From Eledone cirrhosa (lineage: Eukaryota), in assembly GCA_964016885.1 (NCBI GenBank), contig OZ024758.1:29636001-29700000 (forward strand): a stretch of DNA of 64,000 nt. The letters run 5' to 3'. The translations under genes and the position numbers were made by a program. The notes beneath the pieces are model-generated. The model was not told the origin of the DNA. It searched no databases and was given only the letters and a program-made list of their open reading frames with translations. Shown piece by piece: positions 1-12,800 of the stretch. Position 1 is the first letter of the stretch. Each line of letters opens with the position of its first letter.

Positions 1-29
1 GCTATCATAAAATTATTGGAAGTAATGTA

Positions 30-3000
30 AGTCTTTTTGTTGTTGCTATCATAAAATTATTGGAAGTCATGTAAGTCTTTTTGTTGTTGCTATCATAAAA
101 TTATTGGAAGTAATGTAAGTCTTTTTGTTGTTGCTATCATCAAATTATTGGAAGTCATGTAAGTCTTTTTGTTGTTGCTATCTTAAAATTATTGGAAGTA
201 ATGTAAGTCTTTTTGTTGTTGCTATCATAAAATTATTGGAAGTCATATCAGTCTTTTTGTTGTTGCTATCATAAAATTATTGGAAGTCATGTAAGTCTTT
301 TTGTTGTTGCTATCATAAAATTATTGGAAGTCATGTAAGTCATTTTGTTGTTGCTATCATAAAATTATTGGAAGTCATGTAAGTCTTTTTGTTGTTGCTA
401 TCATAAAATCATTTGAAGTAATGTAAGTGTTTTTGTTGTTGCTATCATAAAATTATTGGAAGTAATGTGTCTTTTTGTTGTTGCTATCATAAAATTATTG
501 GAAGTCATGTAAGTCTTTTTGTTGTTGGTATCATAAAATTATTGGAAGTCATGTAAGTCTTTTTGTTGTTGGTATCATAAAATTATTGGAAGTCATGTAA
601 GACTTTTTGTTGTTGCTATCATGAAATTATTGGAAGTCATGTAAGTCTTTTTGTTGTTGGTATCATAAAATTATTGGAAGTCATGTAAGTCTTTTTGTTG
701 TTGCTATCATAAAATTATTGGAAGTCATGTAAGTGTTTTTGTTGCTATCATAAAATTATTGGAGGTCATATAAGTCTTTTTGTTGTTGCTATCATAAAAT
801 TATTGGAAGTCATGTAAGTCTTTTTGTTGTTGCTATCATAAAATTATTGGAAGTCATGTAAGTCTTTTTGTTGTTGGTATCATAAAATTATTGGAAGTCA
901 TGTAAGTGTTTTTGTTGCTATCATAAAATTATTGGAAGTGATGTAAGTGTTTTTGTTGTTGCTATCATAAAATTATTAGAAGTCATGTAAGTCTTTTTGT
1001 TGTTGCTATCATAAAATTATTGGAAGTCATGTAAGTCTTTTTGTTGTTGCTATCATAAAATTATTGGAAGTCTTGTAAGTCTTTTTGTGGTTGTTATAAT
1101 AAAATTATAGAAGTCATGTAAGTGTTTTTGTTGTTGGTATCATAAAATTATTGGAAGTCATGTAAGTCTTTTTGTTGTTGGTATCATAAAATTATTGGAA
1201 GTAATGTAAGTCTTTTTGTTGTTGCTATCATAAAATTATTAGAAGTCATGTAAGTCTTTTTGTTGTTGCTATCATAAAATTATTGGAAGTCATGTAAGAC
1301 TTTTTGTTGTTGCTATCATAAAATTATTGGAAGTAATGTAAGTTTTTTGTTGTTGCTATCATAAAATTATTGGAAGTCATGTCAGTCTTTTTGTTGTTGC
1401 TATCATAAAATTATTGGAAGTCATGTAAGTCTTTTTGTTGTTGCTATCATAAAAATATTGGAAGTCACGTAAGTCTTTTTGTTGTTGCTATCATAAAATT
1501 ATTGGAAGTCATGTAAGTCTTTTTGTTGTTGCTATCATAAAATTATTGGAAGTCATGTAAGTCTTTTTGTTGTTGCTATCATAAAATTATTGGAAGTCAT
1601 GTAAGTCTTTTTGTTGTTGCTATCATAAAATTATTGGAAGTCATATCAGTCTTTTTGTTGTTGCTATCATAAAATTATTGGAAGTCATATCAGTCTTTTT
1701 GTTGTTGTTATCATAAAATTATTGGAAGTCATGTAAGTCTTTTTGTTGTTGCTATCATAAAATTATTGGAAGTCATAACAGTGTTTTTGTTGTTGCTATC
1801 ATAATATTATTGGAAGTAATGTAAGTCTTTTTGATGTTGCTATCATAAAATTATTGGAAGTCATGTAAGTGTTTTTGTTGTTGCTATCATAAAATTATTG
1901 GAAGTAATATAAGTGTTTTTGTTGTTGCTATTATAAAATTATTGGAAGTCATGTAAGTGTTTTTGTTGTTGCTATCATAAAATTATTGGAAGTCATGTAA
2001 GTCTTTTTGTTGTTGCTATCATAAAATTATTGGAAGTCATGTAAGTCTTTTTGTTGTTGCTATCATAAAATTATTGGAAATCATGTAAGTCTTTTTTGTT
2101 GTTGCTATCATAACATTATTGGAAATCATGTAAGTCTTTTTCTTGTTGCTATCATAAAAATATTGGAAGTCATGTAAGTCTTTTTGTTGTTGCTATCATA
2201 AAATTATTGGAAATCATGTAAGTCTTTTTGTTGTTGCTATCATAACATTATTGGAAATCATGTAAGTCTTTTTCTTGTTGCTATCATGAAATTATTGGAA
2301 GTCATGTAAGTCTTTTTGTTGTTGCTATCATAACATTATTGGAAATCATGTAAGTCTTTTTCTTGTTGCTATCATGAAATTATTGGAAGTCATCTAAGTC
2401 TTTTTGTTGTTGCTATCATAACATTATTGGAAATCATGTAAGTCTTTTTCTTGTTGCTATCATGAAATTATTGGAAGTCATGTAAGTCTTTTTGTTGTTG
2501 CTATCATAAAATTATTGGAAGTAATGTAAGTCTTTTTGTTGTTGCTATCATAAAATTATTGGAAGTCATGTAAGTCTTTTTGTTGTTGCTATCATAAAAT
2601 TATTGGAAGTCATGTAAGTCTTTTTGTTGTTGCTATCATAAAATTATTGGAATTAATGTAAGTCTTTTTGTTGTTGCTATCATAAAATTATTGGAAGTCA
2701 TGTAAGTCTTTTTGTTGTTGCTATCATAAAATTATTGGAAGTCATGTAAGTCTTTTTGTTGTTGCTATCATAAAATTATTGGAAGTCATGTAAGTCTTTT
2801 TGTTGTTGCTATCATAAAATTATTGGAAATCATGTAAGTCTTTTTTGTTGTTGCTATCATAACATTATTGGAAATCATGTAAGTCTTTTTCTTGTTGCTA
2901 TCATAAAAATATTGGAAGTCATGTAAGTCTTTTTGTTGTTGCTATCATAAAATTATTGGAAATCATGTAAGTCTTTTTGTTGTTGCTATCATAACATTAT

Positions 3001-6000
3001 TGGAAATCATGTAAGTCTTTTTCTTGTTGCTATCATGAAATTATTGGAAGTCATGTAAGTCTTTTTGTTGTTGCTATCATAACATTACTGGAAATCATGT
3101 AAGTCTTTTTCTTGTTGCTATCATGAAATTATTGGAAGTCATGTAAGTCTTTTTGTTGTTGCTATCATAACATTATTGGAAATCATGTAAGTCTTTTTCT
3201 TGTTGCTATCATGAAATTATTGGAAGTCATGTAAGTCTTTTTGTTGTTGCTATCATAAAATTATTGGAAGTAATCTAAGTCTTTTTGTTGTTGCTATCAT
3301 AAAATTATTGGAAGTCATGTAAGTCTTTTTGTTGTTGCTATCATAAAATTATTGGAAGTAATGTAAGTCTTTTTGTTGTTGCTATCATCAAATTATTGGA
3401 AGTCATGTAAGTCTTTTTGTTGTTGCTATCTTAAAATTATTGGAAGTAATGTAAGTCTTTTTGTTGTTGCTATCATAAAATTATTGGAAGTCATATCAGT
3501 CTTTTTGTTGTTGCTATCATAAAATTATTGGAAGTCATGTAAGTCTTTTTGTTGTTGCTATCATAAAATTATTGGAAGTCATGTAAGTCATTTTGTTGTT
3601 GCTATCATAAAATTATTGGAAGTCATGTAAGTCTTTTTGTTGTTGCTATCATAAAATCATTTGAAGTAATGTAAGTGTTTTTGTTGTTGCTATCATAAAA
3701 TTATTGGAAGTAATGTGTCTTTTTGTTGTTGCTATCATAAAATTATTGGAAGTCATGTAAGTCTTTTTGTTGTTGGTATCATAAAATTATTGGAAGTCAT
3801 GTAAGTCTTTTTGTTGTTGGTATCATAAAATTATTGGAAGTCATGTAAGACTTTTTGTTGTTGCTATCATGAAATTATTGGAAGTCATGTAAGTCTTTTT
3901 GTTGTTGGTATCATAAAATTATTGGAAGTCATGTAAGTCTTTTTGTTGTTGCTATCATAAAATTATTGGAAGTCATGTAAGTGTTTTTGTTGCTATCATA
4001 AAATTATTGGAGGTCATATAAGTCTTTTTGTTGTTGCTATCATAAAATTATTGGAAGTCATGTAAGTCTTTTTGTTGTTGCTATCATAAAATTATTGGAA
4101 GTCATGTAAGTCTTTTTGTTGTTGGTATCATAAAATTATTGGAAGTCATGTAAGTGTTTTTGTTGCTATCATAAAATTATTGGAAGTGATGTAAGTGTTT
4201 TTGTTGTTGCTATCATAAAATTATTAGAAGTCATGTAAGTCTTTTTGTTGTTGCTATCATAAAATTATTGGAAGTCATGTAAGTCTTTTTGTTGTTGCTA
4301 TCATAAAATTATTGGAAGTCTTGTAAGTCTTTTTGTGGTTGTTATAATAAAATTATAGAAGTCATGTAAGTGTTTTTGTTGTTGGTATCATAAAATTATT
4401 GGAAGTCATGTAAGTCTTTTTGTTGTTGGTATCATAAAATTATTGGAAGTAATGTAAGTCTTTTTGTTGTTGCTATCATAAAATTATTAGAAGTCATGTA
4501 AGTCTTTTTGTTGTTGCTATCATAAAATTATTGGAAGTCATGTAAGACTTTTTGTTGTTGCTATCATAAAATTATTGGAAGTAATGTAAGTTTTTTGTTG
4601 TTGCTATCATAAAATTATTGGAAGTCATGTCAGTCTTTTTGTTGTTGCTATCATAAAATTATTGGAAGTCATGTAAGTCTTTTTGTTGTTGCTATCATAA
4701 AAATATTGGAAGTCACGTAAGTCTTTTTGTTGTTGCTATCATAAAATTATTGGAAGTCATGTAAGTCTTTTTGTTGTTGCTATCATAAAATTATTGGAAG
4801 TCATGTAAGTCTTTTTGTTGTTGCTATCATAAAATTATTGGAAGTCATGTAAGTCTTTTTGTTGTTGCTATCATAAAATTATTGGAAGTCATATCAGTCT
4901 TTTTGTTGTTGCTATCATAAAATTATTGGAAGTCATATCAGTCTTTTTGTTGTTGTTATCATAAAATTATTGGAAGTCATGTAAGTCTTTTTGTTGTTGC
5001 TATCATAAAATTATTGGAAGTCATAACAGTGTTTTTGTTGTTGCTATCATAATATTATTGGAAGTAATGTAAGTCTTTTTGATGTTGCTATCATAAAATT
5101 ATTGGAAGTCATGTAAGTGTTTTTGTTGTTGCTATCATAAAATTATTGGAAGTAATATAAGTGTTTTTGTTGTTGCTATTATAAAATTATTGGAAGTCAT
5201 GTAAGTGTTTTTGTTGTTGCTATCATAAAATTATTGGAAGTCATGTAAGTCTTTTTGTTGTTGCTATCATAAAATTATTGGAAGTCATGTAAGTCTTTTT
5301 GTTGTTGCTATCATAAAATTATTGGAAATCATGTAAGTCTTTTTTGTTGTTGCTATCATAACATTATTGGAAATCATGTAAGTCTTTTTCTTGTTGCTAT
5401 CATAAAAATATTGGAAGTCATGTAAGTCTTTTTGTTGTTGCTATCATAAAATTATTGGAAATCATGTAAGTCTTTTTGTTGTTGCTATCATAACATTATT
5501 GGAAATCATGTAAGTCTTTTTCTTGTTGCTATCATGAAATTATTGGAAGTCATGTAAGTCTTTTTGTTGTTGCTATCATAACATTATTGGAAATCATGTA
5601 AGTCTTTTTCTTGTTGCTATCATGAAATTATTGGAAGTCATGTAAGTCTTTTTGTTGTTGCTATCATAAAATTATTGGAAGTAATGTAAGTCTTTTTGTT
5701 GTTGCTATCATCAAATTATTGGAAGTCATGTAAGTCTTTTTGTTGTTGCTATCTTAAAATTATTGGAAGTAATGTAAGTCTTTTTGTTGTTGCTATCATA
5801 AAATTATTGGAAGTCATATCAGTCTTTTTGTTGTTGCTATCATAAAATTATTGGAAGTCATGTAAGTCTTTTTGTTGTTGCTATCATAAAATTATTGGAA
5901 GTCATGTAAGTCATTTTGTTGTTGCTATCATAAAATTATTGGAAGTCATGTAAGTCTTTTTGTTGTTGCTATCATAAAATCATTTGAAGTAATGTAAGTG

Positions 6001-7608
6001 TTTTTGTTGTTGCTATCATAAAATTATTGGAAGTAATGTGTCTTTTTGTTGTTGCTATCATAAAATTATTGGAAGTCATGTAAGTCTTTTTGTTGTTGGT
6101 ATCATAAAATTATTGGAAGTCATGTAAGTCTTTTTGTTGTTGGTATCATAAAATTATTGGAAGTCATGTAAGACTTTTTGTTGTTGCTATCATGAAATTA
6201 TTGGAAGTCATGTAAGTCTTTTTGTTGTTGGTATCATAAAATTATTGGAAGTCATGTAAGTCTTTTTGTTGTTGCTATCATAAAATTATTGGAAGTCATG
6301 TAAGTGTTTTTGTTGCTATCATAAAATTATTGGAGGTCATATAAGTCTTTTTGTTGTTGCTATCATAAAATTATTGGAAGTCATGTAAGTCTTTTTGTTG
6401 TTGCTATCATAAAATTATTGGAAGTCATGTAAGTCTTTTTGTTGTTGGTATCATAAAATTATTGGAAGTCATGTAAGTGTTTTTGTTGCTATCATAAAAT
6501 TATTGGAAGTGATGTAAGTGTTTTTGTTGTTGCTATCATAAAATTATTAGAAGTCATGTAAGTCTTTTTGTTGTTGCTATCATAAAATTATTGGAAGTCA
6601 TGTAAGTCTTTTTGTTGTTGCTATCATAAAATTATTGGAAGTCTTGTAAGTCTTTTTGTGGTTGTTATAATAAAATTATAGAAGTCATGTAAGTGTTTTT
6701 GTTGTTGGTATCATAAAATTATTGGAAGTCATGTAAGTCTTTTTGTTGTTGGTATCATAAAATTATTGGAAGTAATGTAAGTCTTTTTGTTGTTGCTATC
6801 ATAAAATTATTAGAAGTCATGTAAGTCTTTTTGTTGTTGCTATCATAAAATTATTGGAAGTCATGTAAGACTTTTTGTTGTTGCTATCATAAAATTATTG
6901 GAAGTAATGTAAGTTTTTTGTTGTTGCTATCATAAAATTATTGGAAGTCATGTCAGTCTTTTTGTTGTTGCTATCATAAAATTATTGGAAGTCATGTAAG
7001 TCTTTTTGTTGTTGCTATCATAAAAATATTGGAAGTCACGTAAGTCTTTTTGTTGTTGCTATCATAAAATTATTGGAAGTCATGTAAGTCTTTTTGTTGT
7101 TGCTATCATAAAATTATTGGAAGTCATGTAAGTCTTTTTGTTGTTGCTATCATAAAATTATTGGAAGTCATGTAAGTCTTTTTGTTGTTGCTATCATAAA
7201 ATTATTGGAAGTCATATCAGTCTTTTTGTTGTTGCTATCATAAAATTATTGGAAGTCATATCAGTCTTTTTGTTGTTGTTATCATAAAATTATTGGAAGT
7301 CATGTAAGTCTTTTTGTTGTTGCTATCATAAAATTATTGGAAGTCATAACAGTGTTTTTGTTGTTGCTATCATAATATTATTGGAAGTAATGTAAGTCTT
7401 TTTGATGTTGCTATCATAAAATTATTGGAAGTCATGTAAGTGTTTTTGTTGTTGCTATCATAAAATTATTGGAAGTAATATAAGTGTTTTTGTTGTTGCT
7501 ATTATAAAATTATTGGAAGTCATGTAAGTGTTTTTGTTGTTGCTATCATAAAATTATTGGAAGTCATGTAAGTCTTTTTGTTGTTGCTATCATAAAATTA
7601 TTGGAAGT
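30..7608 (+). repeat. Three near-identical copies of a block of about 2-2.3 kb (about 30-2390, 3278-5638, 5660-7608)
   Basis: Private markers at constant offsets 3248 and 2323: GCTATCATCAAA at 133/3381/5704; monomer with AAAATCATTTGAAG at 397/3645/5968; GTGGTTGTTATAATAAAATTATAGAAG at 1087/4335/6658; ATAATATTAT at 1801/5049/7372. Confidence 0.9.
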
Positions 7609-9869
7609 CGTGTAAGTCTTTTTGTTGTTGCTATCATAAAATTATTGGAAGTCGTGTAAGTCTTTTTGTTGTTGCTATCATAAAATTATTGGAAGTCGTG
7701 TAAGTCTTTTTGTTGTTGCTATCATAAAATTATTGGAAGTCATGTAAGTCTTTTTGTTGTTGCTATCATAAAATTATTGGAAGTCATATCAGTCTTTTTG
7801 TTGTTGCTATCATAAAATTATTGGAAATCATGTAAGTCTTTTTGTTGTTGCTATCATAAAATTATTGGAAGTAATGTAAGTCTTTTTGTTGTTGCTATCA
7901 TAAAATTATTTGAAGTAATGTAAGTGATTTTGTTGTTGCTATCATAAAATTATTGGAAGTAATGTAACTCTTTTTGTTGTTGCTATCATAAAATTATTGG
8001 AAGTAACGTAAGTCTTTTTGTTGTTGATATCATAAAATTATTGGAAGTCATGTAAGTCTTTTTGTTGTTGATATCATAAAATTATTGGAAGTCATGTAAG
8101 TCTTTTTGTTGTTGGTATCATAAGATTATTGGAAGTCATGTAAGTCTTTTTGTTGTTGGTATCATAAAATTATTGGAAGTCATGTAAGACTTTTTGTTGT
8201 TGCTATCATGAAATTATTGGAAGTCATGTAAGTCTTTTTGTTGTTGCTATCATAAAATTATTGGAAGTCATGTAAGTCTTTTTGTTGTTGCTATCATAAA
8301 ATTATTGGAAGTCATGTAAGTCTTTTTGTTGTTGCTATCATAAAATTATTGGAATTAATGTAAGACTTTTTGTTGTTGCTATCATAAAATTATTGGAAGT
8401 CATGTAAGTCTTTTTGTTGTTGCTATCATAAAATTATTGGAAGTCATGTAAGTCTTTTTGTTGTTGCTATCATAAAATTATTGGAAGTCATGTAAGTCTT
8501 TTTGTTGTTGCTATCATAAAATTATTGGAAGTAATGTAAGTCTTTTTGTTGTTGCTATCATACAATTATTGGAAGTCATGTAAGTCTTTTTGTTGTTGCT
8601 ATCTTAAAATTATTGGAAGTAATGTAAGTCTTTTTGTTGTTGCTATCATAAAATTATTGGAAGTCATATCAGTCTTTTTGTTGTTGCTATTATAAAATTA
8701 TTTGAAAGTCCTGTAAGTGTTTTTGTTGTTGCTATCATAAAATTATAGGAAGTCATGTCAGTCTTTTTGTTGTTCCTATCATAAAATTATTGGAAGTCAT
8801 GTAAGTGTTTTTGTTGTTGCTATCATAAAATTATTGGAAGTAATGTAAGTCTTTTTGATGTTGCTATCATAAAATTATTGGAAGTCATGTAAGACTTTTT
8901 GTTGTTGGTATCATGAAATTATTGGAAGTCATGTAAGTCTTTTTGTTGTTGGTATCATAAAATTATTGGAAGTCATGTAAGTCTTTTTGTTGTTGGTATC
9001 ATAAAATTATTGGAAGTCATGTAAGACTTTTTGTTGTTGCTATCATGAAATTATTGGAAGTCATGTAAGTCTTTTTGTTGTTGGTATCATAAAATTATTG
9101 GAAGTCATGTAAGTCTTTTTGTTGTTGGTATCATAAAATTATTGGAAGTCATGTAAGTGTTTTTGTTGCTATCATAAAATTATTGGAGGTCATATAAGTC
9201 TTTTTGTTGTTGCTATCATAAAATTATTGGAAGTCATGTATGTCTTTTTGTTGTTGCTATCATAAAATTATTGGAAGTCATGTAAGTCTTTTTGTTGTTG
9301 GTATCATAAAATTATTGGAAGTCATGTAAGTGTTTTTGTTGTTGGTATCATAAAATTATTGGAAGTCTTGTAAGTCTTTTTGTGGTTGTTATAATAAAAT
9401 TATTGAAGTCATGTATGTGTTTTTGTTGTTGGTATCATAAAATTATTGGAAGGCATGTAAGTCTTTTTGTTGTTGCTATCATAAAATTATTGGAAGTAAT
9501 GTAAGTCTTTTTGTTGTTGCTATCATAAAATTATTGGAAGTCATGTAAGTCTTTTTGTTGTTGCTATCATAAAATTATTGGAAGTCATGTAAGTCTTTTT
9601 GTTGTTGCTATCATAAAATTATTGGAAGTAATGTAAGTTTTTTGTTGTTGCTATCATAAAATTATTGGAAGTCATGTCAGTCTTTTTGTTGTTGCTATCA
9701 TAAAATTATTGGAAGTCATGTAAGTCTTTTTGTTGTTGCTATCATAAAAATATTGGAAGTCACGTAAGTCTTTTTGTTGTTGCTATCATAAAATTATTGG
9801 AAGTCATGTAAGTCTTTTTGTTGTTGCTATCATAAAATTATTGGAAGTCATATAAGTCTTTTTGTTGTT

Positions 9870-12800
9870 GCTATCATAAAATTATTGGAAGTCATGTAAG
9901 TCTTTTTGTTGTTGCCATCATAAAATTATTGGAAGTAATATAAGTCTTTTTGTTGTTGCTATCATAAAATTATTGGAAGTCATGTAAGTCTTTTTGTTGT
10001 TGCTATCATAAAATTATTGGAAATCATGTAAGTCTTTTTTGTTGTTGCTATCATAACATTATTGGAAATCATGTAAGTCTTTTTCTTGTTGCTATCATAA
10101 AAATATTGGAAGTCATGTAAGTTTTTTTGTTGTTGCTATCATAAAATTATTGGAAATCATGTAAGTCTTTTTGTTGTTGCTATCATAACATTATTGGAAA
10201 TCATGTAAGTCTTTTTCTTGTTGCTATCATGAAATTATTGGAAGTCATGTAAGTCTTTTTGTTGTTGCTATCATAAAATTATTGGAAGTAATGTAAGTCT
10301 TTTTGTTATTGCTATCATAAAATTATTGGAAGTCATGTAAGTCTTTTTGTTGTTGCTATCATAAAATTATTGGAAGTCATGTAAGTCTTTTTGTTGTTGT
10401 TATCATAAAATTATTGGAATTAATGTAAGTCTTTTTGTTGTTGCTATCATAAAATTATTGGAAGTCATGTAAGTCTTTTTGTTGTTGCTATCATAAAATT
10501 ATTGGAAGTCATGTAAGTCTTTTTGTTGTTGCTATCATAAAATTATTGGAAGTCATGTAAGTCTTTTTGTTGTTGCTATCATAAAATTATTGGAAGTAAT
10601 GTGAGTCTTTTTGTTGTTGCTATCATACAATTATTGGAAGTCATGTAAGTCTTTTTGTTGTTGCTATCTTAAAATTATTGGAAGTAATGTAAGTCTTTTT
10701 GTTGTTGCTATCATAAAATTATTGGAAGTCATATCAGTCTTTTTGTTGTTGCTATCATAAAATTATTGGAAGTCATGTAAGTCTTTTTGTTGTTGCTATC
10801 ATAAAATTATTGGAAGTCATGTAAGTCATTTTGTTGTTGCTATCATAAAATTATTGGAAGTCATGTAAGTCTTTTTGTTGTTGCTATCATAAAATTATTT
10901 GAAGTAATGTAAGTGTTTTTGTTGTTGCTATCATAAAATTATTGGAAGTAATGTGTCTTTTTGTTGTTGCTATCATAAAATTATTGGAAGTAATGTAAGT
11001 CTTTTTGTTGTTGCTATTATAAAATTATTTGAAAGTCATGTAAGTGTTTTTGTTGTTGCTATCATAAAATTATTGGAAGTCATGTAAGTCTTTTTGTTGT
11101 TGCTATCATAAAATTATTGGAAGTAATGTAAGTTTTTTGTTGTTGCTATCATAAAATTATTGGAAGTCATGTCAGTCTTTTTGTTGTTGCTATCATAAAA
11201 ATATTGGAAGTCACGTAAGTCTTTTTGTTGTTGCTATCATAAAATTATTGGAAGTCATGTAAGTCTTTTTGTTGTTGCTATCATAAAATTATTGGAAGTC
11301 ATGTAAGTCTTTTTGTTGTTGCTATCTTAAAATTATTGGAAGTAATATAAGTCTTTTTGTTGTTGCTATCATAAAATTATTGGAAGTCATGTAAGTCTTT
11401 TTGTTGTTGCTATCATAAAATTATTGGAAGTAATATAAGTCTTTTTGTTGTTGCTATCATAAAATTATTGGAAGTCATGTAAGTCTTTTTGTTGTTGCTA
11501 TCATAAAATTATTGGAAATCATGTAAGACTTTTTTGTTGTTGCTATCATAACATTATTGGAAATCATGTAAGTCTTTTTCTTGTTGCTATCATAAAAATA
11601 TTGGAAGTCATGTAAGTTTTTTTGTTGTTGCTATCATAAAATTATTGGAAATCATGTAAGTCTTTTTGTTGTTGCTATCATAACATTATTGGAAATCATG
11701 TAAGTCTTTTTCTTGTTGCTATCATGAAATTATTGGAAGTCATGTAAGTCTTTTTGTTGTTGCTATCATAAAATTATTGGAAGTAATGTAAGTCTTTTTG
11801 TTATTGCTATCATAAAATTATTGGAAGTCATGTAAGTCTTTTTGTTGTTGCTATCATAAAATTATTGGAAGTCATGTAAGTCTTTTTGTTGTTGCCATCA
11901 TAAAATTATTGGAAGTAATATAAGTCTTTTTGTTGTTGCTATCATAAAATTATTGGAAGTCATGTAAGTCTTTTTGTTGTTGCTATCATAAAATTATTGG
12001 AAATCATGTAAGTCTTTTTTGTTGTTGCTATCATAACATTATTGGAAATCATGTAAGTCTTTTTCTTGTTGCTATCATAAAAATATTGGAAGTCATGTAA
12101 GTTTTTTTGTTGTTGCTATCATAAAATTATTGGAAATCATGTAAGTCTTTTTGTTGTTGCTATCATAACATTATTGGAAATCATGTAAGTCTTTTTCTTG
12201 TTGCTATCATGAAATTATTGGAAGTCATGTAAGTCTTTTTGTTGTTGCTATCATAAAATTATTGGAAGTAATGTAAGTCTTTTTGTTATTGCTATCATAA
12301 AATTATTGGAAGTCATGTAAGTCTTTTTGTTGTTGCTATCATAAAATTATTGGAAGTCATGTAAGTCTTTTTGTTGTTGTTATCATAAAATTATTGGAAT
12401 TAATGTAAGTCTTTTTGTTGTTGCTATCATAAAATTATTGGAAGTCATGTAAGTCTTTTTGTTGTTGCTATCATAAAATTATTGGAAGTCATGTAAGTCT
12501 TTTTGTTGTTGCTATCATAAAATTATTGGAAGTCATGTAAGTCTTTTTGTTGTTGCTATCATAAAATTATTGGAAGTAATGTAAGTCTTTTTGTTGTTGC
12601 TATCATACAATTATTGGAAGTCATGTAAGTCTTTTTGTTGTTGCTATCTTAAAATTATTGGAAGTAATGTAAGTCTTTTTGTTGTTGCTATCATAAAATT
12701 ATTGGAAGTCATATCAGTCTTTTTGTTGTTGCTATCATAAAATTATTGGAAGTCATGTAAGTCTTTTTGTTGTTGCTATCATAAAATTATTGGAAGTCAT

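Noticed and set aside
45-88. Spliced-leader RNA or snRNA gene array (donor site plus Sm-like TTTTTG), or Pol III terminators
   Set aside because: No room for promoter or spacer, no AG|GT exon end, no convincing stem-loop and no A/B boxes. It does not match any spliced leader I recognise.
49-88. Internal 22-bp dimer origin of the monomer (TCAT twice, AAGTC twice, GTT triplet)
   Set aside because: The short repeats are spaced 18/26 and 9 bp apart and the two halves do not align convincingly, so the evidence is too weak.
1095-1100. TATAAT (-10 box-like) in the divergent monomer
   Set aside because: Chance product of two substitutions in AT-rich repeat, with no -35 element or downstream gene.
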